A DNA stretch of 64,000 nucleotides from Eledone cirrhosa (GCA_964016885.1 OZ024742.1:304544001-304608000), one strand, 5' to 3'; shown: positions 1 to 14,900, numbered from the stretch's first letter. Translations and numbers: made by a program. Notes: generated by a model from the sequence alone, not told the origin.

Positions 1-184
1 AAAGCGTACCAAAGTTTTTTTGGTTCCCTTGAAATAGATATAATAGAATAAATATGGTTTTATAAATATAGTTTCCATTTATTTAATATCATTGAATATT
101 TATTCCAGAAAGTTGTCGAGTGCTCTGAATCAGTTATAAACGTTTATATTTGTTGGATTTCCAACAAATTAAATATCCCTTCTA

Positions 185-586
<402 letters not shown>

Positions 587-775
587 GGAACCAGTAAGAC
601 CCCGACGGCTGAGCTCAAGCCGTTTCGACGGCTAATTCTGGACAGAATTAGCCGTCGATACGGCTTGAGTTCAGCCGTCGGGGTCTTACTGGTTCCTATT
701 ACCCACTCTACTACCCCAAGTATTGAGTACTTTGGTGCGTTATGGTCCACCTGGTTCCTTACCACATTTCCTTCG

Positions 776-777
<2 letters not shown>
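587..777 (+). mobile_element. Short (TA)n-embedded fold-back element, family A (probable PLE terminal fragment) carrying the 3' half of a hammerhead
   Basis: 54-bp inverted arms 587-640/643-696, then an ~80-bp tail shared with 41457-41615 and, inverted, with 8491-8648; flanked by (TA)n on both sides. Confidence 0.7.
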
Positions 778-860
<83 letters not shown>

Positions 861-957
861 AATACATATATATACACACATATATATATATATATACACA
901 TATATGTATATATACATAAATATATATCTACATATGTATTTATGTACATATATATAC

Positions 958-988
<31 letters not shown>

Positions 989-989
989 A

Positions 990-1074
<85 letters not shown>

Positions 1075-1125
1075 CAATATAAATATATATATATATATAT
1101 ATACAATATATATATATACATATAT

Positions 1126-1164
<39 letters not shown>

Positions 1165-1188
1165 TGTATATATATATACATATATATA

Positions 1189-1355
1189 CACTTCTTCATA
1201 CTATATTATTTTATCTGAAGTGTATATTTGTGAAAACACGTAAATACAGACGAAGCAACCGTTATAAATAGACACACATATATGTATGTATACATGCTTG
1301 CATGCATATATATTATGCATATATGCATATATATATATGCATGCATATATATATA

Positions 1356-1439
<84 letters not shown>

Positions 1440-1549
1440 TGCAAGCATGCATACATACATGTGTGTCTATTTATAACGCTTGCTTCGTCTGTATTTACGT
1501 GTTTTCACAAATATACACTTCAGATAAAAAAATATAGTATGAAGAAGTG
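1189..1549. repeat. Inverted duplication (~115-bp arms) around a (TA)n spacer
   Basis: cacttcttcatactata...gacgaagca (from 1189) is the reverse complement of tgcttcgtc...tatagtatgaagaagtg (to 1549). Confidence 0.9.
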
Positions 1550-1994
1550 AACTTATATTTGGAAGAAAATATATCTACAAAGATCCTCGAGAACAGCAAT
1601 TCAAAGCCGAAAGGTTAATCTTCGAATTCTAAAGACTTTTATTGGATTTCGAATTTAAAGATTTAACCTTTATTTATTTATTCTTTGTAATAACAATTAT
1701 TCCTTTCCTTCCTCACTCTCGCATTCTTTCTTCTGCTTTTTCTTCTGTACTTATTTTCACCCTGAAATCGATTTTTACTGAAGAGAATCTGCGTTTTTTT
1801 AAAAATGAAAAACACCCCAGGTCTGCTTAATAATTCCAAACCATCGGCTTAAATTTTATCGTCTCGAGGGATTATGAAGTTATTAACAACATTTCTCTCT
1901 TCCTTTCGCTTTAGCAAATCTCCGCCATACTGAATTTAACAAATGTCGCTGTCTTTTATTTAGTCATATATTTATTATCGCACTCTTGTTGTTG

Positions 1995-1998
<4 letters not shown>

Positions 1999-2030
<32 letters not shown>

Positions 2031-2036
2031 GTATTA

Positions 2037-2121
<85 letters not shown>

Positions 2122-2190
2122 CATTATTATTATTATTACGTTTATTATTACTATCATCATCATCATTATCATCATCATCATCATTATTTT
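1999..2190. repeat. (ATT)n/(ATC)n microsatellite
   Basis: Direct trinucleotide run. Confidence 0.95.
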
Positions 2191-2315
2191 CATTTTGTTA
2201 CTTCATCATCGTTCATCATCCACTTCAGTTAACCTTATTTAAAATATACTTCTAAATCTTGATGTCTTTCTTTCCTTCTCTTTCCCTCACGATTTGCCTA
2301 TTTCATATATGTATA

Positions 2316-2409
2316 TACTTGTATGTGCATGCGTGCATGCATGTATTTATATATATATATATATATATATATAAATACATGCATGCATGCACGCATGCAC
2401 ATACAAGTA
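2316..2409. repeat. Small inverted duplication centred on (TA)n
   Basis: tacttgtatgtgcatgcgtgcatgcatgtattt ... aaatacatgcatgc(atgc)acgcatgcacatacaagta. Confidence 0.85.
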
Positions 2410-2415
2410 AATACA

Positions 2416-2479
<64 letters not shown>

Positions 2480-4179
2480 TGTATGTATGTATGTATGTGT
2501 GTATGTATGTATAAATATATATTTATATTTATATATATACATGTAGGTTCTATTCTATATCAACCCTTTTCCCTTTCCTGTTTCCTTCGTAGCTACATTT
2601 TATCAACTCTGTAGTCTATATGTGACATTTTGGCAAATATCAAATAAATAAGCTTTCTATAGATTTTCAGACGTAAGATATAATATTAATCTGATGTGAT
2701 GTCCGCTCCTTTCATATTTGACAAAATTTTGTCTTAAGAAAAGACCACAATTTCTAAATTCGTATTTGTATTTATATTATTGCTCACGTACGTCTTATTC
2801 TCGCTTACTCAGTGTAAGGAGTTAAGCGGCCATGACATTTCTCAAGGCCTCTCAGATTGTTGGCTACAAACAAAGAAGTATTAATCCCTAAAACGAGTGC
2901 TGTCGCTATCGTTTTTGCATCTGAATGGACTCTGTTAAAGGTACGTAACAACAGGTTAGGGTGTTAAATGTACAATAACAGGTACATTTAATTTGTTTGG
3001 AAACTCCACGTTTTGATCTATCAAAACTAGATTCGGAGATCTGTTTAAAAAGGCAAAAAAATACATTTTCCCAAGTTGACCTACCTTAGGCTTGAACATG
3101 GAACTACATAAATACGACGAGAAATCTTAACTATGCATGCGATCAAATTTGCAGTAAATAATTTTGGAGCATCAGAGTCAGATTGGATTGAATATCTTTA
3201 TACATGAGAAGTAACAGATGGTGGGGCATTCATACGTTACCCAAAGTGTTGTGCTACATGGTAAAATGACCGAATTCTCATTAACACTCACACACTCGCA
3301 TACATACCTGCATACGCATATATACATATATGCATCTATCAATACATAGCTCACTCGGTAAATACTTACAAATTAATATATTAATTATGCTCTACCACGC
3401 GTATTGAATACTTTATCTACCATTTCTTACCAAAAACGTACACACGCAGATGAGTATATGTGTATAATGTGTGTCCACATAAGACGGAAAGGAAAAGAGA
3501 GAATCGGTTATGTTATTGTGGTTTACTTTTCTAATGAACTTCGCATGGTAGTATATATTCTGTAACATAAACATTTGAACATTTATTTTCCGAATTGTTA
3601 AACATTCATTGTCATGTTATCATGCAAACATATAATACGTTCATTCGTTTCTCAATAAGAAAATGAATTTGAAAAATAGAAGATTCAGTAAAACAGAATA
3701 TGGCGTAATATCTCAGTAGGAAATGCTGCTCGAGAGATATAAACATTTGACAAGACTTATAGGGATGAATTTACTGTAAAATTATTTTGAGTAAATACAT
3801 TTTAGAGAATAATTCAATCATGGTTTTATAACAATTTTACATATTTAATACTGTAACAACTTACCTATTTTACCGTGGGAGCTGATAATGTATTCACTGA
3901 ATCTGAAACTAATATAGAAATTATACAAACATCTTACAATAATTAAGTAATAATATATTGCTGTTTACGTTCACTATATATTTTCACTTTTGAATAGGCT
4001 TCACTGTAAATGTGTGTGCATACAGTGATTGGAGAAGTTTGGTTACGTAAATAGAGGCTTTATAATATTGTATATTTGTCTGTATCTCACTCTCTCTCAC
4101 ACACATACACACACATATAATAATAATAATAAAAATAATATATATATGTATATATATATATATATGGAATATATGGAAC

Positions 4180-4213
<34 letters not shown>

Positions 4214-5469
4214 ATATGGAATGTAGGGAATATATATATATATAATTCAGTAAAAGTGTGTGGGCGTGTGCATGTGTTTGTATGAATATGAAGGTGTCTG
4301 TGTCTTTCATTGTGAATATGTTTACTCTACTGTGAACGCGATGTTATATATGATGTTTCTCATAGTGTATAACAGTAAATTAATGATTGGAACTATCATT
4401 AACAGTCTGAAAAAGTAATGGATTTGATACTTTTTTTACTATAACCAATGAAGTGGATTTCCCAACATGGCTACATATATATATATATATATATATATGC
4501 TCACTGTATATAATGTATGACCGGGAAGACGTAATAGACATTCTAAACTGGCCATCCATCCGTTTTTATGTATATTGTAATTAGAAGTACATAGACGGTT
4601 GTTTCCATTTTTAAGGCTAAAAGGTATCATTCTCGGTATATTATCACTACATGTTATTTTGGGCTTATTTAGTAAAGTTAATTTTGTTTCGAGTAGTCGG
4701 AATAGCTCTGTTGTCTGACCACAAAATCATTTCTTCTTCCCACTAGTCCCAAAGTTTCGGAAAATATTCATGACCTCTGCTCTTACTTCACTGTATAATT
4801 CTTGAAGAAATTGAAAATTCAGGTTTTGTAATCTGCAAGTTATTGAACATCCTCTGTCTTACTTTCGTATACATATAATATATGGACTAATCGTTAAGGC
4901 TTCTTTTTTCGCAATAATTAGCCCCGTGGTAAGATTCCCCTGTGTGGTATTATAGAAATATTATTTACAATATCCCATGGTCGTCCCATGATCATGTGAG
5001 TGAAATTAAATAGACGGAAAATAGTTTGCGGCCCAGCAGAACGGTTGTGGCTGTAATACAAAAGCCAAGTTTATTACAATAATACCAAATACTAAATTTC
5101 TGAGTATTATATTAAGAATATGCGTATCTGGGAAATGAACACAACCACTAAAATGCTAATACCTTGAACAGACTGTTCTGCTGCTCAACAACTAGAATTC
5201 TTATCGTCAAAATGAACGTGAGTCCATTCTCTCAAGCGATCTAACATCACAATAAGCTCATTGTACAAAGAACATTCTCTTATTCTGGGTGAAAGTAGGG
5301 ATTCTCATCATACGAAATCTTATTTACTCCCAGCAAAAAGAAAAATGCATTTTATATCAAAATCGTTATATTTGCATGTATATCATATATTTATCTGCCT
5401 ATATGTATCACAATCCTTTTGTCTGTAGAGATATATATTTATTTATACACAAACTCATACGCTGGTGTG

Positions 5470-5530
<61 letters not shown>

Positions 5531-6588
5531 CATGAGAATAAAGAAGAATACTGCGTGGTTTGCACATGGGTTACATATGATAAAAATAGTCCTTCGTCAG
5601 TGATTTTCTAACCATCATTGGTATTTCATCGCATTAAAAATCAGAGACCTCAGGTTGGTGCGAGCAATAACTAAAAAAGTTATTGGGAGAAGTAATTCGC
5701 GTAAAGCGAGGGGGACAAGTAAACAACATAGAAGGATAAAAGCAAACCGAAGATAGGAAAATAAACAAGCAACATGGTTGTCCTGTCAGCATAAGCTGGG
5801 TGGATTTCATGAGCGAGAGAGGTACAGACCGTGTCGATGTGTGTGAGATGTAAGCAAGAAGAGACCCATACAAGCGTGATACACTATTTGATAAGTTTGG
5901 TCATTTGAATTAGAGATACAGTCCATTCAACGGCTTTTCAAACAGTTTCAGTCTAACCAATTTTCCTTCACAAGGCATTGGTGAACCTGTATATATAGTA
6001 AATGGCATGTACTGAGATTGGACGCAAGATATATTAAACAGGCATTCATTAGAGCCACTCGGTGGAATGAACGAAGCGGTTTGTTCTAATTCTCTCACCA
6101 CTGAGTCTATATCTTGCAACGGTCAAATTCGAATTGCAGCCTTTCTGGCTCTATAAAGAACATGCTTAATGTTAGAATGGTTCCATTCAACCCCAGCCAA
6201 ACCAGACATTATATCGCCTTCTCCTTCAGCTCTGCAACCGCAAACACTCTCTCACCCTACCCTACAGCTGCTCCACCATCACAAACAAACATTCGTTCAC
6301 ACTCTCCTTCAGTTGTCCATCCCAATCTGTGCCCCACTCTCTTCTAGCTGTCTCACATCATGGATGATCCGATGATTCATGTGAGGTATCAGTGTTGGGA
6401 AGATTTCAACTCGTAAGTACACGAGCATCTAAAACATTTCATGAAAGTGCAGTATAAACTAATACACAAGTATCTTATATAGCGAGTGTAAACCATATAT
6501 AATTCTCATGGCACTTGTTAATCCGACCATATAGTAGAATAAACCGCCCACTGGAACCGAACCACAAAACTCGTCGTTAAGAACCACT

Positions 6589-6777
<189 letters not shown>

Positions 6778-7401
6778 GTATATATAAATATACATATATA
6801 TATATATGGGTGTATGTGTGTATGTGTGGTTGTGTGTTTGAGTGTGTTTTTGAGCGCGTCCATGCGTGTATGTGCCCGCGCTTGTGTATGCGTATATGTA
6901 CATATATTATTGCGTTAGAAGTTCACAAAACCATAGTTATCGCTTCATAAGTCTAGATTCGTCAATTCTCTTGGTTTAAAATAATGTTTTTATTATTTTT
7001 CCTTTCGAAATTATCGTTACCAATTCTATAATTAATGTTTGGCAACCAATCCCCTGGGTTTAAAAATCTCAATAATTTCGTTTGCTAAGCTGGTTCACAA
7101 ATACTTCTGCATTACCAGCGTGTCCAAATGAATCATTGATTTGATGTGCCCTAGTGGAGGCGTGATCCAAACCTCCGCTATCCAGTCTTTAATGTCAGCA
7201 CTGAATATTTAATAAGAGTGAAGTGCAAAGAATATAGGTTCAGTCACAATATACAGCAGAGATTTTTACTTCTCTCTCTTGTCCGGTTCCGGTTGGTGAA
7301 TACAGCTGAAATGGTCCCCAAATGTATCACATTAAATCAAGCATTAGGCCTTTGTTTAGGTTGAATATTACCATAAAAAGAAACCTGGTAACTCACAGGG
7401 A

Positions 7402-7486
<85 letters not shown>

Positions 7487-7558
7487 TATATATATATGTA
7501 TATATGTATATATATATATGTATATATATATGTATATATATATGTATGTATATATATT

Positions 7559-7631
<73 letters not shown>

Positions 7632-7712
7632 GTATATATATATTTATATATATATATATATATATATATGAATATATATATATGTAGATATATATGTAGA
7701 TATATGTATATA

Positions 7713-7812
<100 letters not shown>

Positions 7813-8079
7813 TATATATATATACGAGTGTGTTCCTGTGTATACATGCCAGTGTGATGGCCCTTGTGTGTTTGTATATTTATAATGCTTAATGGTTTCA
7901 CTGTATAAATATTGTTTTTTATATATTTGTATTTCATACAAATATATGTATGAGTAAGCTCAGATCCATATACATATTAGTGGAATTGTGTAAATATATG
8001 TGTACCTAACTGTGTATGTGGAATTCATCAACAATTAGGTTATACAGTGTCATGCTATATATATTTCTCTCTCTCACTT

Positions 8080-8235
<156 letters not shown>

Positions 8236-8490
8236 ATGGCAAACGTGGAAAATGGCAAACTGTCTGCTACGAAGGTATAACAAATTTTGAAACATCTTTT
8301 TTCCGTTCCATCTTCGAGATCTAAGATCTCATACCAAGTGTCGATCAAATTGTCCATCCTGCTACGCTCAAATCTGCATTATATACTGACTGATGTGTAA
8401 ATCAACAGCTTAACGAAAGTGCGACTTAAGACAAAACCATAATCAATGAGCGGAGAAATACGACGTGAAAATCCATCATATATATATATA

Positions 8491-8648
8491 TAACACAGAC
8501 GGTGTGGTAAGATACCAGGGAGACCATAATGCACCAGAGTTATCAATACTTAGGGTAGTAGAGCGGGTAATACGAAAAGAGTCAGGGCCCCGACGGATCT
8601 AGCTATCGAAACGGCCGGAGTTCAGCCGTCAAGATCCTGCCTCCTTTC
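8491..8648 (-). mobile_element. Diverged copy of fold-back family A
   Basis: Reverse complement aligns by eye with the 587-777 tail (tgtggtaag-accagg-gaccataa-gcacca-tcaatactt-gggtagtagag-gggtaata); carries GAAAC-GGC..GCC-GTC at 8608-8630. Confidence 0.65.
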
Positions 8649-8673
8649 ATATATATATATATATATATATATA

Positions 8674-8751
8674 CAGTGTGTCACGGAAAATGTAAACAAT
8701 CTTCAACAGCATTCTAATAAAACTATGTATACATCTTCTGGGAACACCGTG
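8674..8751. mobile_element. Tc1/mariner-type MITE (degenerate)
   Basis: TA-cagtgtgtc...aaaatgtaaaca / tgtatacat...gggaacaccgtg imperfect TIRs; internal cttcaacagcattctaat is the reverse complement of the interior of 39259-39355. Confidence 0.55.
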
Positions 8752-9329
8752 GCCTTTTCATCTTTCGAATCTATAAATGGATGTGTTGTCAATAAAAAAT
8801 TGAATACGTCAAGACTTGTTCTATGAAACTGAATATCTCTGTGAAACTGAAAATACCAAAGAACATGTGTTATTGTCATATCAACGATATCTTACAAGAA
8901 GTGTTATGAATGTCCAATGTGATTCTGATCTCAGTAGACGGTCAAATGTTTCAGATTATTGTCTTATATTGACACAATCGTATATCAGTCCACGTAATTT
9001 CAAAGATTTTAAATGTTGTCTTTTTTAGCATAGAGATCGCAACGTATCACGGTTATTTATATAGCCTTAATTTACTGGAATTACAAAACTCCACATTGAA
9101 GTTGACGGTAGTACGTCCGAAGGTAAATTCATATATATTATTGATATTTATTTTAAACTGAGTAGATTGAAGCAACGTGAAATGAGGTACCACTCAGTTA
9201 GGCGCTTAATCCAACCAACGTACGGCCGTGGGATTAGTACCCTTTAATGATTAATATTCTTTTGCTTTGAAATCAAACCGCACCACAAAAAATAAAAGTA
9301 CATTCTAGCTATAGAACATAGAAGATTGT

Positions 9330-9510
9330 TCCAAGCCTGGAGGAGAATACAGGACTCGTTGCGGGATAACACTCCAGTTCACCACCAGCTTAATCCCCAG
9401 GTGTTGCTTGTACTCATTTTCATTGATGTTCATCCCGCGCTATTCGCACCAAGAATCAAACCTTCAACATTAAGTCCATAGGTCCAAAACGTTAACCTAT
9501 AAACTATGTA
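9330..9510 (-). mobile_element. Degenerate tRNA-derived SINE (CORE-like family)
   Basis: Similar to 17324-17530 and 34440-34690 (gcttgtactcattttca...aagaatcaaacc..acatta); boundaries approximate. Confidence 0.45.
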
Positions 9511-10489
9511 ACCTCAAATTGAATGTAGTTAGTTGTAAATTGCCAAGGAATATGATTGGCGTAGTTCTTTAATTAGTTGGTCTATACTCAATCCTTTTAT
9601 CTCTCATTAAAGGTGGAATTAAATCAACTTCATTATTTAATGTGGACAACTTTTGTCTCTGTTACGAATATTCTTACTTATAATTCATTGAAAGAAGAAA
9701 CAGAACGATATCAAAAAGAAACATAAAGACATTTTTAGTAGCGTCATGAGAGATCCATGCTAGTAAGACTAACAAGATGTAAAGTGTGTACAAATTCAAT
9801 TTGATGCTCAAACATGAGTAGAAAAATTTAATCGTTTCAATCTAAAACAGGAAAAAGAATTTCGCAAGTTCAACATGACAGAGCTATGAATATATCAGCC
9901 TCACTAAGAAATGTGTATTAAATTTTCACTTGAACGAAACAAAGCAAAACTATACAAACACACAGTTGATTACTAGCAGAATATATTTGCATTCTTTTTA
10001 ATATGAATAAATACATAAAATACAGAAATATTAAAATGCATCAAGATTAAATTGACAAAATCCACCTTATTATGATTTGCAAATGTTTATGAATAGTCAA
10101 ATGCTGAGAGTAGTCTAAAATAATTTTAACACATCAGATATTTTAACACTTTCAGAATTTGGGAGTTAATTTAGCAAACGAAATTGCAGAGATGTTTGAA
10201 CCCAGGGGATTGGTATCAAACATTAATTATAGTATTGCTAACTATTTCATTTATTTTTGTTGCATTTTTTCTAAATTATTTATTTTGATTTATGTTTTTG
10301 TGTTAGTATTTTCATTTTAATTATACAGACAAGTAATTTCAAATGTCGATAGCATCGGATAACATTCTTGTATTATAGTTTCTTTGTTCTATCACAGAGA
10401 AAGCAGCAACGATGTTGTGATTGACGATGATGATATTTATGAAGGAAGTAATGGTTATCAATAGAAGTGGTGGTCATGGTAGGGGAGAG

Positions 10490-10640
10490 CAAGGTCAAAG
10501 TTTTAAGACTAGCTTTGCAATCATTAGGTCCCAGGTTCGATCCTATTGCGTTTCATATCAGACAAGTGTCATTTATCGCATCCTTGAGTCGACCCATGTC
10601 TTGTGAGTGAAATTAGATAGAGGGAAACTGTTTAGATATT
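10490..10640 (+). mobile_element. Degenerate tRNA-derived SINE
   Basis: B-box-like ggttcgatcc, then gacaagtgtc...ttgtgagtgaaattagatagagggaaactg; related piece at ~4880-5035. Confidence 0.5.
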
Positions 10641-12212
10641 TGGCTGATGGACTGTATCAGTGAAACGTTTTCGGTAATAACTGCTATCAAATCTGGCTGA
10701 TTTATATCTTCTCGATACTCATCATTAAACTTTTTGATAATATGAGCTATGTGCTTGGGGTGGCCAATACCAAATTTATTTGACGGGAGGAAATGATAGG
10801 GCTTATAGCAATAATGATAGTGATATTTGTTATAGTAATAACGAGTGTGATAATGCTTATAGTAATAATGGTGTGATAGTGTATATAGCAATAATGATAG
10901 TGATATCCGTATTAATAATGATAACGACAGTGTTTATAGTAACAGCTATAGTGATAACATTGTTCACACTGATGATCATTATATCGACTGAAGAAATGTT
11001 TAAGATAGTATTCTTAGTACTAGCGGGGAACGTAATGCTAGAACGACGAATGTGTGATTAGCAATGGTGTTAAGATGACTAGCGGTTTGTTGTCGATTTG
11101 CTTAGCCCCATATCATCCCTAATCAAGTTAACGTCTGATAAATGGGGTTCCAGTCATGAAGATTGTGAATTTTAATCTTATATGTGAATATGTTTTCCAA
11201 ATAGTCATTACTTGTTTCATAAGTGTACGGTATGATGTTATTTGGTTGATAATTCTAATAGATCAACTAACTTGGTAGACGTTACACTAAACTCATAGAT
11301 TTTATACTCTGGTGATAATAATTTTGATACATCGGTTGATTATTATAAGTTATTATTGTCGAAATAGTTGTGGCATAATGATTGTAGGCTGCGGGTGATT
11401 TTCCTTTCCTATTAATAGTGTGGACTTAAGTATGAGTCAAAAACAGGTGTCTATATATATATATACATACTTTGGAGGATATTAGTTATACTGTGCCTGA
11501 AGAACAAACCATTATTGATAGCAGTCGTGTAGGTTGTGATAATTTGGAAAAATGCCCATCACTCCTATAGTGCTACCGATAGAGGGAGAGAGAGGGGGGA
11601 GCCAGACAGATGCAGAGAGACAACGAAACAGAGAGATATAGAGACACAGAGTCCATGAAATGATGTGGAAAATCTTTATGGATTTATAATTGAATATTTT
11701 GTGGAAAGATTTATGCTGTTGGCGGTCATAGGTAAAAATGTTATCTCATGGTTGACGCTTATTCCCAAGATATTTATGATATAAATCTCCACGATATAAT
11801 TGAAAAGAATGATTTTGAAGATTATCACAAAAGTGGCGATAAACCATAGCCAGATCGAAATTGCATTGTTGTGTTTATTCCACCCGAGTTAGAGAGGCAG
11901 TCCGTTGTTACCATATTCTGCAGAAATGCAATGAACCAGAGATGCGTCCGTTGATACATATTAACTGCAATGCTATTGTTTACAAAATACAATAATATAT
12001 AGACACACACTATACACACATTATATATATATATTTATATATATATATATATATATAACAATTTCACCTCAGGGTGTCCAACTAATATACGCAAATTCGT
12101 AAATATGTTTGTGCATATGTGTATGTATAGGAATACATGCAGGAATATATTCTTCCAAACATATTCTGGTGTTTGGTTGTGTAAATGCTAGCTGCTTATT
12201 CTTTTGTTATAT

Positions 12213-12408
12213 GTATATGCACCATTAGGTGTGTATGATTATGTATGCTTGTATTAGTGAATGTCTATATATGCATGTACACATACGTATTTCGTTTTCG
12301 TTTTTCATATGTATGCAGCAAACATTATATGTCAAACCTTTCAAATATTGGCGAACAATAGTTAAATAAGGAATTCTTCCCGAATATTCAGCCGCGTGCA
12401 ATCAACGT
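12213..12408 (+). repeat. ~195-bp dispersed direct repeat, copy 1 (copy 2 at 14914-15108)
   Basis: gtatatgcaccattaggtgtgt...cagccgcgtgcaatca occurs twice with scattered substitutions. Confidence 0.92.
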
Positions 12409-12558
12409 CGTTTGCAGAGCTGAAAGAAATCTTCTCCGATGTTTCAATGTATAACACAACAGACATCGGGCTTCCAACAAAAATTGTGCAGGGATAATGG
12501 GAAGGAAATGCAAGGATGTTATTCAAATCAGAATATACAGGCTTTCAAATCAATAACT

Positions 12559-12638
12559 GGTGTTGTTGGCACTGCCAGAATGGATAGATCGGATCACTGA
12601 ATCGATCTACCGTGCGGTGCAGTGTCACAGGAGATACC
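12559..12638 (+). ncRNA. Candidate pre-miRNA-like hairpin
   Basis: TGGCACTGC/GCAGTGTCA, ATGG/CCGT and TAGATCG/CGATCTA stems, 11-nt loop, lower stem GGTGTT/GATACC; G-U pairs favour the + strand; no known miRNA recognised. Confidence 0.35.
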
Positions 12639-12656
12639 TTTAAGCAAAATGGAGGA

Positions 12657-12710
12657 GAAGAAGAAGAAGAAGAAGTAGAAGAAGAAGAAGAAGAAGAAGA
12701 AGAAGAAGAA
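12657..12710. repeat. (GAA)n microsatellite
   Basis: Direct run. Confidence 0.95.
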
Positions 12711-13022
12711 ATGGAAAGGAATGGAAAGGAATGGAAAGGAGAAAGGAAGAAAAAATAGAAGATGATGGAGAAAGACAGGATAACTTTCACATATAGTCAT
12801 GTGGAAATACTAATAGATACACAGAGCCTTTTAATTCCTAGAAATCTGCCATTTACACGAAATTCACTTGGGCTTTTATATAACATTCAGATTTTACATT
12901 CTGATTTTGGTTTGATGAATGCTTCCGTCTCTGTATGTATATATATATATATATATATATATTTATACATACAGACCCACACACATATATACATGCACAC
13001 ATACATATATATGTATATATAT

Positions 13023-13203
13023 ATATTTAATATAGAAATGGCTTCTACAGAACTAGAACTGTTTCATTCGATGGAAATCATAAGGAAATGATTTCCTTCG
13101 AATGAAACAGTTATAGTCCTGTAGAAACCATTTCTATATTAAATATTTATTCTAAGCTATGTATTGAGTACCTTATTTACTGTGGTTGCCCCCGATTGAA
13201 CCC

Positions 13204-13205
<2 letters not shown>
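13023..13205 (+). mobile_element. Fold-back element, family B, with a truncated hammerhead
   Basis: ~59-bp inverted arms 13023-13081/13088-13146; right arm reads ATGA-t-TTC cttc GAA-t-GAAAC-AG..CT-GTA; tail shares gtattgagtac with family A. Confidence 0.65.
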
Positions 13206-13276
<71 letters not shown>

Positions 13277-14079
13277 CTATATGTATATATATATACTCAG
13301 TGGAAGCCAGCAATTTTTATGGGATACACAATAGTGGTATTTTCATGAGTATGATGGCTACTATAGTTAGTGAGACGTGCAATTGACATACATACATGCC
13401 CACATAAGTCACAGGTAAGATTATGTTTCAAAACTAATTCTGGGGGTGGACTAATATTCCCCATACATCTAGCTGGTCCTTTCACTTCAGCATATATCCT
13501 CATCTTCTACCATCACTCAAGACACGTCCCGAGATACTTGAAATTGTCGATCTGCTTCAGTGGAAATCTATTCACATGTAGAATGCACTGAGCATACAAA
13601 GAATTATTCATTAATTACGATGTTTGCTCAATGAGATTCCTCAGAGCGTTATAAGTTGAAAATTGGGATAAGTGATTGAGATAAACAAATGTACACTTAC
13701 TTTCAATAAATCCTTACCAATGGTAGCATATGAAAAGGCAATTTTCGTAGAATAACGAAAATTAGGAAAATACGAAATCATCATGGGACATTCGCAATAC
13801 AGAAGATAAATTCAAATGGCCACTAGAAGTGAATTTCTTCCAAAAGAAGAAATGTCTAGTGGTAGACAGTCACCTTGAAGGGTGTAATATATATGGACAG
13901 TCAAACAGTATGAAAGATTGGTAGATATAGCTCACTTTTCACTCTATTTTAGTCAACCACAAGGGAAGTTTAAACAAATTATCAAAGATAACCACGTATA
14001 TATATATACATACAAATACACACACATACACACACACACATATATATATATATATACACATATATATACACATATATAT

Positions 14080-14147
<68 letters not shown>

Positions 14148-14148
14148 G

Positions 14149-14273
<125 letters not shown>

Positions 14274-14329
14274 AGATAGATAGAAAGATATACATGCAAA
14301 GAATTATCCAACAATTCAAATCGCAGCTA

Positions 14330-14846
14330 TAACGAACAGCATATATGACGCCATCATCACTGCGATGCTGGTTCCATGCTGGAAAATAGATGATAGGCAG
14401 ATGGAGCCACATCCAGAGAATAGGGATGGTGATCAATTATTTCAAAGCTATAGTCATGCTCAGCAGCCATCGAACCCAGATTTCCTGGGTGTTTGCTTTT
14501 GTTAAACTTCATAACTCTCAGAAAGTTAGTAAAGTACTCTCCGTTGATTGTGTGGCTCTTTTAAAGATAGTCAATAAACAATGCGTTTTGCATTCCAAAA
14601 TACTGAGGTCAATCACCTTCCTTGTAAATGAGATGACCTTTTCTTGGAGCAGGTGAAGAGGGGTGTTCCCATTGCATGGATTATTTCTTTGTCTCAAGCT
14701 CAAAAGGATGAACCCAACTCTTACCCTGGGTCAAGAAACTTTCAAAGAATGCAGCTCCATATGCCTCAAATATCATTTCCGGTGTTGTTGTCCGCTCTAG
14801 CGTCACTCCTTCATAGTCTGCCTAAGAACATTTCAGCCCACCCTCG
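14330..14846 (-). pseudogene. Internally deleted mariner transposase relic with one TIR
   Basis: Minus-strand fragments SWVHPFELETKK*SMQWEHPSSPAPRK, SVFWNAK, IDYL*KSHTINGEYF and FEIIDHHPYSLDVAPSAYHLF (YSPDLAPSD motif); terminus TA-CGAGGGTGGGCTGAAA at 14848-14831. Confidence 0.85.
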
Positions 14847-14848
14847 TA

Positions 14849-14900
<52 letters not shown>

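Noticed and set aside
1214-1242. CTGAAG...GAAAAC hammerhead-like words in the 1189-1549 inverted repeat
   Set aside because: A9 missing and no convincing stems
4560-4800. Possible GIY-YIG relic on the minus strand (CGQTTELFRL)
   Set aside because: Too little motif support by eye
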